64,000 nt of DNA from an uncultured delta proteobacterium (GCA_963767275.1 CAVYDL010000005.1:401533-465532), one strand, 5' to 3'. Numbered from the stretch's first letter, positions 1-10,905 are shown. Notes: generated by a model from the sequence alone, not told the origin. Made by a program: numbers and translations.

Positions 1-69
1 GTCGAGATCCCTCGCTGTGCTCGGGATGACAGGAACGGGATGTTCCGATCATCATCCTGAACTAATTCC

Positions 70-402
70 TTGATCAGGATCTTTGCCGTGGAAACAAAGA
101 ATCTATTCGCCAATCTCGCGAACGCGCAGAGCGGTGAAGAATTTCTGACGCTATTCGACAATGCCAACGTCAAGATCGAACGCATCGTTTCGCATGCCAA
201 TCCGAGCCCGGCGGGTTTCTGGTACGATCAGGACGAAGACGAGTGGGTCGTGGTCTTACGGGGCTCGGCGACTTTAGAATTCGCCGGCGGCGAGCAAGTG
301 GAACTGCAAGCAGGCGATTACCTAACGATTGGCCGCCATGTGCAGCATCGCGTCGCCCGCACTAGCGAAGAGACGGTCTGGCTGGCGGTTCATTTAAAAT
401 GA
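70..402 (+). CDS. cupin domain protein (TTG start in track)
   Basis: 110 aa; small beta-barrel cupin-like sequence with a conserved His/Glu pattern near GDYLTIGRHVQHRV; start codon uncertain. Confidence 0.55.
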   Translation: MIRIFAVETKNLFANLANAQSGEEFLTLFDNANVKIERIVSHANPSPAGFWYDQDEDEWVVVLRGSATLEFAGGEQVELQAGDYLTIGRHVQHRVARTSEETVWLAVHLK

Positions 403-404
403 AT

Positions 405-510
405 CGCGGTTCAAGGTTCAAACGTTCAAGAGTGCAACGTCGGATGAAGCGATGTGGTTGCAGATTCCGAATCGTTGAACGCGTTGAACCTTGAACTTTT
501 GAACGATGTT
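405..510. repeat. GTTCAA-hexamer cluster repeat, inverted pair (REP-like) between convergent cupin and MFS genes
   Basis: Left arm gttcaa-g-gttcaa-ac-gttcaa; right arm reads ttgaac-gcg-ttgaac-c-ttgaac-ttt-ttgaac; together they can form a long hairpin. Confidence 0.8.
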
Positions 511-1762
511 ATTGCGGCTTCGGCCTCACCCAAGGCTTTTCCAACAGGTTGTAGAAAATCCCGGCGAGAAAAAACATCACCATCAGTCCCCACAGCAACG
601 GCTCGTAGGTCTGCCAGCGGTCCCAGATGGCGCCGGCGACCACCGGGCCCGTGACGCTGCCCCAGACGTAAAACACGCTCATGTAACCGCGGATCTTGGC
701 GAAGTGCTTGCGGCCGAAGATGTCGCCGACCATCGCCCAGGCAACCGGATAGGTCGCTTCCACACTGGTGAACAGCAGCGTGAAGAGCAACAAAGGCGCC
801 ATCGATGCGCCGAAGATCGGCAGCAGGATCGAGCCGCCGGCGACGAAAAGGATCACTGAAATCATCCGCGGCTTGTTCATCGAGTCGGCGAGCCAGCCCA
901 ATAAAACCGTCGACGTGAAACCAAGGAAGGCGAAGGCGCTCAAGAGCAAGGTAGCCTGCTGCGGGCTCATGCCTTTCCAAATCATCATTGGAATGAAGTG
1001 GGTGGAGATCGCATGATAGGAGGCATTGCGCACGGCGGCGCCGAACACCAGGGCCCAGAAGGCGAACGAGCGCATCGCCTGGCGCGGCGTGATCGCGACT
1101 TCACTCACGGCGTGTTGCGCGTTGGTGCGATCGTGAAAAGCTTGTTGGCTTTCGCCGTCCGGCAATAATCCCATGCTTTCGGGAGAACGGCGGATGGTGA
1201 GACAAAGCGGGATGCCAAAAATCAGAAAGGACACTCCGGCGAAGGCCGCGCCCCAGCGCCACCCCCAGCTATGCACGATCATGCTCAAGATCGGCGCGAT
1301 CAGCACGCCGCCGAGCCCGTAGGCCGCGCTGTTGATGGTCATGGCGCGGGCGCGCCAACGGATGAACCAAGTATTGATCAAGGTCATCGGCGCGTGCATG
1401 AAGCCGCCCGAATGGGTGAGCGAGATCAGCACGGTATAAACCAGCACAAAACTCCAGTAACTCTCGACCTGCGACAATAACAGATAGCCGATGCCCATGA
1501 GCGTCACCGTGGCGATCATCACCGGCCGCGGCCCGTAGCGGTCGAGTAAATGGCCGACGATGGGCCCTTCGATGGCGCCCTCGGCGCGCGCCAAGGAAAA
1601 CGCGAACGATGTCGCGGTGCGGCTGAGGTTCAATTCTTGACTGAGCGGCAGAAAGAACACCGTGAAGCCGTAACTATGCAGGCCCGCGCCGAGCAAGCGC
1701 ACCGCCGCGGAAGCGCCGACCATATGCCAGCCGTAGAAAAGGCTGGGGAGCTTTTTGAACAT
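509..1762 (-). CDS. MFS transporter, OFA (oxalate/formate antiporter)-like
   Basis: 417 aa with 12 predicted TM helices; OFA-like motif GFTVFFLPLSQ...DRYGPR; paralog of 4555..5811. Confidence 0.75.
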   Translation of the reverse strand: MFKKLPSLFYGWHMVGASAAVRLLGAGLHSYGFTVFFLPLSQELNLSRTATSFAFSLARAEGAIEGPIVGHLLDRYGPRPVMIATVTLMGIGYLLLSQVESYWSFVLVYTVLISLTHSGGFMHAPMTLINTWFIRWRARAMTINSAAYGLGGVLIAPILSMIVHSWGWRWGAAFAGVSFLIFGIPLCLTIRRSPESMGLLPDGESQQAFHDRTNAQHAVSEVAITPRQAMRSFAFWALVFGAAVRNASYHAISTHFIPMMIWKGMSPQQATLLLSAFAFLGFTSTVLLGWLADSMNKPRMISVILFVAGGSILLPIFGASMAPLLLFTLLFTSVEATYPVAWAMVGDIFGRKHFAKIRGYMSVFYVWGSVTGPVVAGAIWDRWQTYEPLLWGLMVMFFLAGIFYNLLEKPWVRPKPQ

Positions 1763-1870
1763 CTGATCAAAAGAAGGACAAATTGAAAATGAAGAAAGGA
1801 GAATCGAGACTGGAAATTAAAACTTCAATGTCGGTGGCGGCAATCAATCATTATCAGGTTTCCATTGATT

Positions 1871-2950
1871 TCATTCCGACTCGCCGTTCTCCGCGGCTCT
1901 GAGGCGGCGTTGGCGCACGGCATCGGCAAAGTTTTCGATCAAGGCGCGGCTGTCTTCCCAGCCGACGCAGGCATCGGTGATGCTCTGGCCGTAGAGCAGC
2001 GCCTTGCCCGGGAGGAGATCTTGGCGGCCGGCTTTAAGATGGCTTTCGATCATGACGCCGAAGATGCGTGCGTCGCCGGCGGCGACCTGCCCGACGATAT
2101 CCTGACCGACGTCGATCTGCTTGGCCGGCTCCTTGCCGCTATTGCCGTGACTGCAGTCGATCATGATCCGGGCGGCGATGCCGGACGCCGCCAGGCTCTT
2201 GGCCGCGGCATCGACATTGGCGGCATCGTAGTTAGGCTGCTTACCGCCGCGCAGAATGATGTGGCAGTCTTCATTGCCTAGGGTCGAGACGATGGCGGAA
2301 TGGCCGTCCTTGGTTACCGACAGAAAGTGATGCGGTGCCTGTGCCGCGCGGATGGCGTCCATGGCGATGCGCACGTTGCCGTCGGTGCCGTTCTTGAAGC
2401 CGACGGGGCAGGACAGGCCGGAGGCGAGTTCGCGATGCACTTGACTTTCGGTGGTGCGCGCGCCGATGGCGCCCCAGGAGACCAGGTCGGCGGTGTACTG
2501 CGGCGTGATCATGTCGAGAAATTCGCAACCGGCGGGCATGCCCGATTGGTTCAACTCGTGGAGCAATTGCCTGCCGATGCGCAGTCCTTCGTTGATTTGA
2601 AAACTGCCGTCGAGATTGGGATCGTTGATCAAACCCTTCCAGCCCACCGTGGTACGCGGCTTTTCAAAATAGACGCGCATGACGATCAACAAATCGGCGG
2701 CGCAACGTGCTTTGACTTCCTTCAAACGCGCGCCATACTCCTGCGCCGCTTTGACGTCGTGGATTGAGCAGGGACCCATGATGACCAACAAGCGGTCGTC
2801 CGCGCCATGGAGAATACGGTGAATGTCGCGGCGGGCTTCGAACACGGTCTGCGCGGCTTTGTCGCCGATCGGGATGTCGGCCAGCAGCCGTCCCGGCGGA
2901 AGTAGTTCTTTGATCTCTTTGATTCGGAGATCGTCGGTTTGATATTTCAT
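1871..2950 (-). CDS. aroG: 3-deoxy-7-phosphoheptulonate (DAHP) synthase, class I
   Basis: Motifs KPRTTVGWKGLINDP, IGARTTESQVHRE and GFKNGTDG are typical of AroG/AroF; likely start is MKYQTDDLRI at 2950 (track ORF extends to 2965). Confidence 0.9.
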   Translation of the reverse strand: MKYQTDDLRIKEIKELLPPGRLLADIPIGDKAAQTVFEARRDIHRILHGADDRLLVIMGPCSIHDVKAAQEYGARLKEVKARCAADLLIVMRVYFEKPRTTVGWKGLINDPNLDGSFQINEGLRIGRQLLHELNQSGMPAGCEFLDMITPQYTADLVSWGAIGARTTESQVHRELASGLSCPVGFKNGTDGNVRIAMDAIRAAQAPHHFLSVTKDGHSAIVSTLGNEDCHIILRGGKQPNYDAANVDAAAKSLAASGIAARIMIDCSHGNSGKEPAKQIDVGQDIVGQVAAGDARIFGVMIESHLKAGRQDLLPGKALLYGQSITDACVGWEDSRALIENFADAVRQRRLRAAENGESE

Positions 2951-3154
2951 GGCGATACGTCTCAAGATTCGATCACGACATTATAGCCAAAAATCTTCGG
3001 AAATCTATCGACCGAATCGGCAGTGGGAGTTCGTTGGTGATCCGGTGACTCGAGCAAGAGAGATTTCTCGCTGCGCTCGAAATGACAGACTAAGACCGCT
3101 GTCATCCCGAACGGAGAGAGGGATCTCGCCAAATCGAATCACTGCCGCCGCAGG

Positions 3155-4441
3155 TTACTTTTCAAGGGTCTCGCGCGCCATGACGGCGAGCAGCAGCGCC
3201 GCGAGAATCAATAACGGCGCATAGGCGAGGAAGGGCACGCCCGGACTGAACTTATCGACCAAATAGCCGCCGATCAGCGGCGCGCTGACGCCGCCGATCT
3301 CGGCCAGAGTCCGGCGCAGCGCCTGTAAGCGGCCGCGGGCATGGAGCGGCACGACGTCGAAGGTCGAAGTGGCTAACGAACCGAGCGATAGCCCGTTGGC
3401 GATACCGAGAAACGACAGCAGAACTGCGAGCTGGAAAAAACTATCGGCGAAGGGAATCAATAGAAACGCGATAGCAGGTATCCCCGTACTTGGCACCGTG
3501 GCCCACTTGCGGCCGACTTTGTCGATGACGAAACCGGCGGGCAAGATCATTGCGAAGACCGAGAGACCGGAGATGGTAAACAGCAAGCCGATGTCCTTGG
3601 GCGTTAAGTGAAGGACCTCGCTGGCGAATACCGGCACGATGCTTTGGGTCGTCACCCGGTGGGCGAAACTGGTGAAGGTCGCGAGCACGAGGACGATGTA
3701 GGTGGCGCGCAGCTCGGGACGAATCTCGTGGAACAGCTCTCTGATGCCGCGCAGCCGTTGGCCGAACGCTTTGATACTCCACTCCATTGGTGCCGGCCGC
3801 GCGTGCGGTGGCGGAACGGAATGATGACTGGCTTCAAGCTGCCAACCGATCAGGGTCGATATCCCGGCGCAGGCGGCGTAGGCGATAAACACCGAGCGGA
3901 AGCCGATCTGCTCGGTGAGCAAACCACCGATCAGCGGCCCGAAGGCGAGGCCCAAATAGTTGATGCCGTGAAAGCCGCTCAAGACTCGGCCGCGCTGATC
4001 GGCGCGCACCAGATCGACTCCGGCGATTTCGCGGGCGATCACCCAAATACTGTCGGCGATGCCGATGAAAAATACCGGTATTAAAATTAACGTGAACCAA
4101 GGCATGAACGCGGCGAGGATCGCCGCTAGGCAGGCGATCAGCGGTCCGGCGATCAGCGCCGTACGCGCGCCGAAGCGGTCGAGAACAAAGCCGCTGATCG
4201 GCATGCCGGCGAAGCGGCCCACGGAAAGGGCGGTGATCACCTGCGCCGCGGTGCCGGGAGTGATGGCAAAATGTTTGGCGAGCACCGGAATCGTCGGCAC
4301 CACCATCGCCCACATGCCCGCCATCAGCGTGCTGGTGTAAAGCGTGATCAGTGCGCGAGTCGTCGGTGCGAGCGGCATGGGAGTCGTTGCCAGGAGTTGG
4401 TTGAAACAAACTGCAGTGCTTCGGTAGACATCATTTTCCAA
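3155..4441 (-). CDS. MFS transporter
   Basis: 428 aa; two 6-TM halves with DRFGAR and GRK motifs. Confidence 0.7.
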   Translation of the reverse strand: MENDVYRSTAVCFNQLLATTPMPLAPTTRALITLYTSTLMAGMWAMVVPTIPVLAKHFAITPGTAAQVITALSVGRFAGMPISGFVLDRFGARTALIAGPLIACLAAILAAFMPWFTLILIPVFFIGIADSIWVIAREIAGVDLVRADQRGRVLSGFHGINYLGLAFGPLIGGLLTEQIGFRSVFIAYAACAGISTLIGWQLEASHHSVPPPHARPAPMEWSIKAFGQRLRGIRELFHEIRPELRATYIVLVLATFTSFAHRVTTQSIVPVFASEVLHLTPKDIGLLFTISGLSVFAMILPAGFVIDKVGRKWATVPSTGIPAIAFLLIPFADSFFQLAVLLSFLGIANGLSLGSLATSTFDVVPLHARGRLQALRRTLAEIGGVSAPLIGGYLVDKFSPGVPFLAYAPLLILAALLLAVMARETLEK

Positions 4442-4554
4442 TACGGAGACACGAAATAGGCGCGAAAATTATTCGCGAGGGCATCGAAAGCTGCGGGTCT
4501 TTCGTGGCGATCGAATCCGCCGAGGGCACGACCGCTGTGGCAGCATGGCCATTG

Positions 4555-5811
4555 TCATTGCTTGCGCCCGGTGGCGCGCTGCCAGGAATGGGACAGACTG
4601 GCGAAGAAAATCCCGCCGCCGGCGAAGACCCCGACCAGTCCCCAGAGCAGCGGTTGGTAGGTTTGCCAGCGATCGAACACGGCGCCGGCCATCACCGGCC
4701 CCAAGACGCCGCCCCAGGTGTAAAATAGTCCCATATAGCCGCGAATCTTGGCGAAATGTTTGCGGCCGAACAGATCGCCGGCGATGGCCCAGCCCACGGT
4801 GTAGGTGGCTTCAACGGTGGCGAATAGCATGGTGAATAGCGCCATGAGCCAGAAGGAGCTGGTGTAGAGCGGCAGCACCATGGCGATGGCAGTGCCGAAT
4901 AAGATCATCGCGCACAGCCGCGGCTTGTGGGCATGGTCGGCGTACCAACCGAAGACTAACGTCGAGGCCATGCCGAGGAAAGCGAAGGCGCTGAGCAACC
5001 AGGCTGCTTCGTATTGGCTCAAGCCTTTCCAAACCATCAGCGGAATGAAATGCACGGACACTGCATGATAAGAGGCGTTGCGCACGCCGTTGGCGAGCAC
5101 CAAGCCCCAGAAGGCAAACGAGCGCAATGCTTCAGCGAGGGTGACTTCGACTTCAACGATTCTTCTTTGACCGCCGTCTCCCGCTGCGTCCGGTGGCGCG
5201 TCGCCATCGGGTAATAATCCCATGCTTTCGGGCGAGCGGCGGATGGCCGAACAGATCGGTATGCCGATGACGAGGAACGTGATGCCCGCCACCGCGGCGC
5301 CCCAGCGCCAGCCCCAGGCTTGAACCACGAGACTCAAGAGCGGTGCGATGAGCACGCCGCCCAGGCCGAACGCGGCGCTATTCAAGGTAATCGCCCGGGC
5401 TCGCTGGCGAATGAACCAGGTGTTGATCAGTATCATTGGCGCGTGCATGAAGCCGCCGGCATGGACCAATGATATGATGCCCAGATAGACCACTAAAAAA
5501 CTGGCGTAGCTGTCGACTTGGGAGAGGATCAAGTAACCGACACCCATGAGCAACGCCGCCGTCAGCATAATCGGCTTGGGACCGTAACGGTCGAGCAGAT
5601 GTCCGACGATCGGCCCCTCGATGGCACCCTCGGCGCGGGCCAGGGAAAATGCCAGAGAGGTCGCGGTGCGATTGATGTTCAAGTCTTGGCTGAGCGGTAA
5701 AAAGAAAACCGTGAAGCCGAAACTATGCAGCCCGGCGCCGAGCACGCGCAAGGCCGAGGCGACAGCGACCATGCGCCAGCCGTAGTAGAGCCCGGAAAAT
5801 TTAGCGAGCAA
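4555..5811 (-). CDS. MFS transporter, OFA-like (paralog of 509..1762)
   Basis: 418 aa, collinear and strongly similar to 509..1762 throughout. Confidence 0.75.
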   Translation of the reverse strand: MLAKFSGLYYGWRMVAVASALRVLGAGLHSFGFTVFFLPLSQDLNINRTATSLAFSLARAEGAIEGPIVGHLLDRYGPKPIMLTAALLMGVGYLILSQVDSYASFLVVYLGIISLVHAGGFMHAPMILINTWFIRQRARAITLNSAAFGLGGVLIAPLLSLVVQAWGWRWGAAVAGITFLVIGIPICSAIRRSPESMGLLPDGDAPPDAAGDGGQRRIVEVEVTLAEALRSFAFWGLVLANGVRNASYHAVSVHFIPLMVWKGLSQYEAAWLLSAFAFLGMASTLVFGWYADHAHKPRLCAMILFGTAIAMVLPLYTSSFWLMALFTMLFATVEATYTVGWAIAGDLFGRKHFAKIRGYMGLFYTWGGVLGPVMAGAVFDRWQTYQPLLWGLVGVFAGGGIFFASLSHSWQRATGRKQ

Positions 5812-5946
5812 GAAAATTGTCCTGTCTGGCGAATTGGCAAATCACGAATCATTCTGACTTAGCACGAGGTTGTCTAAAAAGGGAAGAACCAGACGAGGTG
5901 GAACGTCGGAAATTCGACTCAGACATTGAACTTTGAAGCCGCGGAA

Positions 5947-7389
5947 TTAAAACTCCGCGTTGCCCGGGGTGCGCGGGAAGGGGATAACGTCGCGAATGTT
6001 TTTCAGGCCGGTCAAGTACATCATCATGCGTTCGAGGCCGAGACCGAATCCGGCGTGGGGCACCGAGCCGTAACGGCGCAGGTCCAGGTACCACCAGTAG
6101 GGTTTTTCGTCCAACCCGCTAGCGCGCAGCCGTTCGGTCAAGACATCGTGGCGCTCTTCGCGCTGGCTGCCGCCGATTATCTCACCGACCCGCGGCACGA
6201 GCACGTCCATGGCGCGCACGGTTTTGTCATCGTCGTTGACGCGCATGTAAAAAGCTTTGATGTCTTTCGGGTAGTCGGTGACGATCACCGGTTTCTTGAA
6301 AATCTCTTCCGAAAGAAATCTTTCATGCTCGGTTTGTAAATCGCAGCCCCACTCGACGGGAAACTCCCAAGTCTTGCCCGATTTTTTAAGTTCGGCGACG
6401 GCGTCGGTATAAGTGATATGGCCGAAGTCGGACTGAGCGACATGCTCGAGGGTCGCCAGGACTGTCTTCTCGATGAACTGGTTGAAGAATTCCAGATCCT
6501 CTCGGCAATGTTCGAGGACGTAACGGATGGTGTACTTCAAGAACTCTTCGGCGAGCCGCATGTTGTCTTCAAGCTCGTAAAAGGCCATCTCCGGCTCGAC
6601 CATCCAGAACTCGGCTAGGTGGCGCGGCGTGTTGCTGTTCTCGGCGCGGAAGGTCGGGCCGAAGGTGTAGACTTTTGAGAACGCGGCCGCGAAAATTTCC
6701 CCTTCGAGCTGGCCGCTGACCGTGAGAAAAGCCGGCTTGCCAAAGAAGTCCTTCTGCCAATCTATTTTGCCGTCTTCGGTGCGCGGCGGCTGCTGCATGT
6801 TCAACGTCGAGACGGCGAACATCTGGCCGGCGCCCTCGCAATCCGAAGTGGTGACGATCGGCGTGTGCACATAAATGAACTCGCGCTCTTGGAAGAACCG
6901 ATGGATCGCGTGGGTCAAAGCGTTGCGCAGGCGGAACGCGGCGCCGAAAGTGTTGCTGCGAACTCTAAGATGGGAGATTTCGCGGAGGAACTCCAGGGTG
7001 TGGCCTTTTTTCTGCAGCGGATAGGTTTGCGGATCGGCGCCGCCGTAGAGATGAATCGAGGCTACTTTTAATTCCACGGCCTGTCCCTTGGACGGCGACT
7101 CGACCAGTGTTCCCGTCGCCGCCAGGCTGCTGCCGGTGGTGATCTGCTTCAAGGTCTCTTCTGGAATCGTTCCCGCGTCGACGACCAGTTGCATGCTTTT
7201 GAAGCGCGAGCCATCGTTCAACTCGACGAAAGTGACGCCCTTGGAGTCGCGCCGCGAGCGCGCCCAGCCGCGCAGGGTTAACTCGGTGCCGACGGCCAAA
7301 TTGTAAGCCTGTTTGACCGAAAAGAATTGCGGTGCCATAGAGTCGAAGTATCGGATAACCGTTCGAGTTGTCAACCGTGGAGTCGACAA
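5947..7389 (-). CDS. asnS: asparagine--tRNA ligase
   Basis: Class IIb aaRS motifs [19 protein letters not shown] and [13 protein letters not shown]; N-terminal OB fold; start may be M18 at 7338. Confidence 0.9.
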   Translation of the reverse strand: MSTPRLTTRTVIRYFDSMAPQFFSVKQAYNLAVGTELTLRGWARSRRDSKGVTFVELNDGSRFKSMQLVVDAGTIPEETLKQITTGSSLAATGTLVESPSKGQAVELKVASIHLYGGADPQTYPLQKKGHTLEFLREISHLRVRSNTFGAAFRLRNALTHAIHRFFQEREFIYVHTPIVTTSDCEGAGQMFAVSTLNMQQPPRTEDGKIDWQKDFFGKPAFLTVSGQLEGEIFAAAFSKVYTFGPTFRAENSNTPRHLAEFWMVEPEMAFYELEDNMRLAEEFLKYTIRYVLEHCREDLEFFNQFIEKTVLATLEHVAQSDFGHITYTDAVAELKKSGKTWEFPVEWGCDLQTEHERFLSEEIFKKPVIVTDYPKDIKAFYMRVNDDDKTVRAMDVLVPRVGEIIGGSQREERHDVLTERLRASGLDEKPYWWYLDLRRYGSVPHAGFGLGLERMMMYLTGLKNIRDVIPFPRTPGNAEF

Positions 7390-7598
7390 CTGTAGCTTTG
7401 AGCGAGGAGAGGGTTTGGAGAAGACTTGGAATAACCGGCGAGGGTTCTTACCCTGTCGAGGAGCCTAGCCTGGAGATATCACCGACCTGTAACTAATTAT
7501 ATGGCGCTGGCCTTTCGCCAGCAGGGCTCAGCCGGAAACCGCGTTGCGTCACTTGCTTGGCGCACGGTACCTGCAAGAGGATACGGCGGATTATCAAG

Positions 7599-7889
7599 TT
7601 AGCCTTTTTTCGCTTTCTTTGGCTTCGTGTTCTGGGATTTAGATATGGGCTGACATTGTTGCTGGATCAAGATTGCCAGGGCTTTGCCGAGTGGAAACTT
7701 CTGTACGACAGATTGGATAACATCTTGCAGCTGCTTTTCGCTACAAGTAAAGGCACGTTTTCCGTTGGAGACAGGAAGGGCGAGATCGAGTGCGTCGAAA
7801 CCGATCGAATGCCGAGGTAGACATTCTTTCAAAAGCCTGAATTCGTCAGTCGGCAGAATAAAAAAGAAGTCCCGAACCCGTTGAGTCAT
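7599..7889 (-). CDS. hypothetical small protein with basic C-terminal tail (in AT-rich segment)
   Basis: 96 aa ORF in a locally low-GC stretch; C-terminus is KPKKAKKG; no recognisable domain. Confidence 0.3.
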   Translation of the reverse strand: MTQRVRDFFFILPTDEFRLLKECLPRHSIGFDALDLALPVSNGKRAFTCSEKQLQDVIQSVVQKFPLGKALAILIQQQCQPISKSQNTKPKKAKKG

Positions 7890-8066
7890 TCTACCGGCGA
7901 GTTAATACCAAATCAGCAGAATAGCAAGTCCCCGCGCATGGGTCTGCCGTCCGACACGAGAAAAACGTTAGTTCTCCTCGAGACAAATTGCCATACTGCA
8001 GTCTCAGCCCAGCGTGCGGACGGACGCAGGCCATAGATGAGTTATCCCTCCAATGCGCTGACCGCA

Positions 8067-8684
8067 TCAGTTGCCGCCACTGTCACCGCCGCCGCGTCGC
8101 GCCGATTCGTCACGGCGGGCACGGTCGATCTCCTCGTCGAAGTCTTTGCCGATTTGTTGTGCCGCTATAACGAGCTGGTTGTTATCCGACTTGTTGGACA
8201 GGGCACTTTCGATGTCTCGACGTATCGACCTGCCGCTATCCCAGGCCAGGCCATGGATAGGGTCCGCCGCGATATATTCGATGGTTTCGTGGATGCTCTT
8301 GAGACCGGCTTCGATTTCTTTTGAACCGCGATCACTGTCGCCGGTGCGTAGCAAGGCCAAGCCCAGATAGAGATGGGCCAAAGCGTCGTCTTTGTTGATG
8401 CTCACGGCTTTTTCCAGGGTAGTCAGCGCTTCCTTGTCTCTGCCGGTCTCATAGTAGGCTCGGCCTAGATAGGTGAGGACACTTTCCCCGACCCTGGAGG
8501 GGATGCGATATGTAGGGTCGAGGTCAGCGGCGCGCATGAGATAACCCACCGCGTCGTTGGCGCGGCCGGTTTGCAGGGCCGTACGCCCGGACTGAACGTC
8601 GCTGCCGACTTGCCAGCTGGCACAGCTGGAAAAATAAATTAGCGCGGCCAAACAGCTCGGAACCAACAACATACCTGTCTTCAT
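8067..8684 (-). CDS. TPR-repeat lipoprotein
   Basis: Internal start MKTGMLLVPSC at 8684 preceded by a GGAGGA RBS; signal peptide and lipobox; TPR-like motifs AYYETG, LGLALLRTGD. Confidence 0.65.
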   Translation of the reverse strand: MKTGMLLVPSCLAALIYFSSCASWQVGSDVQSGRTALQTGRANDAVGYLMRAADLDPTYRIPSRVGESVLTYLGRAYYETGRDKEALTTLEKAVSINKDDALAHLYLGLALLRTGDSDRGSKEIEAGLKSIHETIEYIAADPIHGLAWDSGRSIRRDIESALSNKSDNNQLVIAAQQIGKDFDEEIDRARRDESARRGGGDSGGN

Positions 8685-8965
8685 GTGACATCCTCCTGGG
8701 TTTTTGGCTACCGCCTTCGGGACTCGTAGCCTGCCGGCGCGCCGCAGAAGATGCAGCGATCGGCAATCTCGTGATCGACAATAGGTGCCAACAATAGCTG
8801 AAGCAACAGTAGGCACCGAGTTCGTATTCATACTCGAGATGGACGCTTCGACGGTTGTGTCTCTTGGCACCAATGCGCCGGTGCAGGACCGCTGAGTTAT
8901 GCAGCTTTGGCGGTCCGACAAACCTCGGATCACGGTCATGAGACTTCCGGTAGAGCTTTTCAGCC

Positions 8966-9052
8966 CCGTTCAAAGCGTACAGACCGTCCGAATCCGATTA
9001 ACGATTTGAACGGAGCGCAGCGATTGAACGGCTTGAACGATTTGAACGAATC
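8966..9052. repeat. GTTCAA/TTGAAC hexamer-cluster repeat
   Basis: One gttcaa at 8968-8973 followed by ttgaac-...-ttgaac-ggc-ttgaac-gat-ttgaac overlapping the 3' end of msrQ. Confidence 0.75.
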
Positions 9053-9674
9053 AACTTTCCGACCGCACCGCGGCCGGCTTGCCGGAGAGTTTTTGTTTCA
9101 GAACCGGCGCCAGCTTGAATGCCAGACGAGAGCCCAATAACACCGTGAGTACGGCGCCATATTGCACCGGACGGCGTATGTCGGCTTTGACCAGCCAGTA
9201 GAAATGCAGTACGCCGAGGATCGCAATTCCATAAACTAGATAGTGCAGTTGCTGCCAGCGCTTGCCAAGGCGGCGGATCATTCCAGTCGTTGAGGTGACG
9301 GCCAGCGGAATCATCAGCACAAAAGCGCTGAAGCCCACAGTGATATACGGTCGCTTGAGAATATCTTTGGCGATAGCGGAGAAATCGAAAAATAAATCGA
9401 GCACCATATAAGTCGAGAAATGTAGCGCGGCGTAGCTGAATGCGAACAGGCCGAGCATGCGGCGCAGTTTGATCACTTCGTTCCAGCCGGTGAGGCGGCG
9501 CAGCGGCGTGACGGTCAGACTGGCAAGCAAAATAAATAACGACCACGAACCGGTGAAGCGGGTGATGTATTCGATCGGGTTGGCGGTCAGATCGTCCGAA
9601 TAATAACGGTAACCAAGCTGGCCCAGGGGAATCAGGCAGACAATGAATGCCGCGGGCTTTAGATAAACAAGCAT
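9051..9674 (-). CDS. msrQ: protein-methionine-sulfoxide reductase heme-binding subunit MsrQ (YedZ)
   Basis: Six-TM ferric-reductase-like protein starting MLVYLKPAAFIVCLIPL; lies downstream of msrP; track ORF 9051..10016 has a spurious N-terminal extension overlapping msrP. Confidence 0.8.
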   Translation of the reverse strand: MLVYLKPAAFIVCLIPLGQLGYRYYSDDLTANPIEYITRFTGSWSLFILLASLTVTPLRRLTGWNEVIKLRRMLGLFAFSYAALHFSTYMVLDLFFDFSAIAKDILKRPYITVGFSAFVLMIPLAVTSTTGMIRRLGKRWQQLHYLVYGIAILGVLHFYWLVKADIRRPVQYGAVLTVLLGSRLAFKLAPVLKQKLSGKPAAVRSES

Positions 9675-9751
9675 GGGAGATAAAAATATAAAATTAAATC
9701 GATAAAAATAGGACCAAGGAACGCCGGCGGATTGGCATTTTACACGTTTGC

Positions 9752-10714
9752 TCAATAATATTTCTTCAGATCCATTCCTTTGTACAAGCTTGCGACTTGC
9801 TCGCCGTAGCCGTTGAACATCAAGGTTTTGCGCCGGCGGAATTCGCCGATCCGCCGTTCGCTTGCCTGGGTCCAGCGCGGATGGTCGACTTCGGGATTGA
9901 CGTTGGAGTAAAAGCCATACTCCTGCGGCTGCATGATGTTCCAGGAGGCCGCCGGCTGTTTCTCGACGAAGCGAACCTTGACGATCGACTTGATGCTTTT
10001 GAAACCGTACTTCCACGGTACGACGAGACGGATGGGCGCGCCGTTTTGCGCCGGCAGGACTTCGCCGTAAAGACCCACGGAAAGAATCGTCAGCGGATGC
10101 AGCGCTTCATCCATGCGCAACCCTTCGACATAAGGCCATTCCAACGTCGGCAGCTTTTGTCCCGGCAGCCGCTTGGGGTCGTTGAGGGTGACGAACTGAA
10201 TGAACTTGGCGTTGCCGGTGGGTTCGGCGAGCTTGATCAATGCGCTCAGTGGAAAGCCGATCCACGGGATTACCATGGACCAGGCTTCGACGCAGCGCAG
10301 CCGATAAATCCGCTCTTCCAACGGTGCCAACTTGATCAGCTCCTCGATGTCGTAGGTCTTGGCTTTTTTGACTTCGCCTTCCACAGCGACCGACCATGGA
10401 CGGGTGGTTAGATATTTGGCATTCTCCGCCGGATCCTCTTTGTCGGGGCCGAGTTCGTAGAAATTATTGTAGCTGGTGATCTCCTTCAGCGTGTTGAGCT
10501 TTTCATTGGTGCTGAAATTACTTTTCTTGACGTTGGCGAGTTTCTCGGCGCCATAGGCGATGCTCGATTCTGTGGCCAGCTCCAAGCCGCCAAGCATGGC
10601 GCCGCTGCTGAGCGCCAGGGCCGTTGCCGAAACCATGAACTGGCGGCGGTTCAGGTAGTGCTCTTTAGGGGTGATCTCCCCTGTTTTGATATCGGCTGGC
10701 TTCTTGATGAGCAT
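9752..10714 (-). CDS. msrP: protein-methionine-sulfoxide reductase catalytic subunit MsrP (YedY), molybdopterin
   Basis: Tat signal [12 protein letters not shown]; YedY-type sulfite-oxidase-fold motifs; strong RBS GGAGGAG before the ATG at 10714. Confidence 0.85.
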   Translation of the reverse strand: MLIKKPADIKTGEITPKEHYLNRRQFMVSATALALSSGAMLGGLELATESSIAYGAEKLANVKKSNFSTNEKLNTLKEITSYNNFYELGPDKEDPAENAKYLTTRPWSVAVEGEVKKAKTYDIEELIKLAPLEERIYRLRCVEAWSMVIPWIGFPLSALIKLAEPTGNAKFIQFVTLNDPKRLPGQKLPTLEWPYVEGLRMDEALHPLTILSVGLYGEVLPAQNGAPIRLVVPWKYGFKSIKSIVKVRFVEKQPAASWNIMQPQEYGFYSNVNPEVDHPRWTQASERRIGEFRRRKTLMFNGYGEQVASLYKGMDLKKYY

Positions 10715-10905
10715 GGATTCTCCTCCTCGATTTAGGCGCACGGATATTCGCCAAACAGTTGTTTGATCGTCGTCTCGGTTTTGCCGTAGGCGCCTTCGCC
10801 ACTATGGCTGTAGCGGATTGAGCCCTTTTTGTCGACCAGCATGCAGGTACTGAGATTTGCATTACAACGATGCTCTGTCAGGCAAAGTTCCCGCGAGCTG
10901 TCGCG

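Noticed and set aside
426-980. 184-aa minus-strand ORF and other Arg/Pro/Ala-rich ORFs overlapping the MFS genes
   Set aside because: Typical antisense or off-frame ORFs of high-GC DNA. Low-complexity Arg/Pro-rich translations. The true gene is the MFS transporter.
9051-10016. Full 321-aa track ORF for msrQ overlapping msrP by 265 nt
   Set aside because: The N-terminal 114 residues are Arg-rich junk with an alternative start. The real start is the internal Met directly downstream of msrP.
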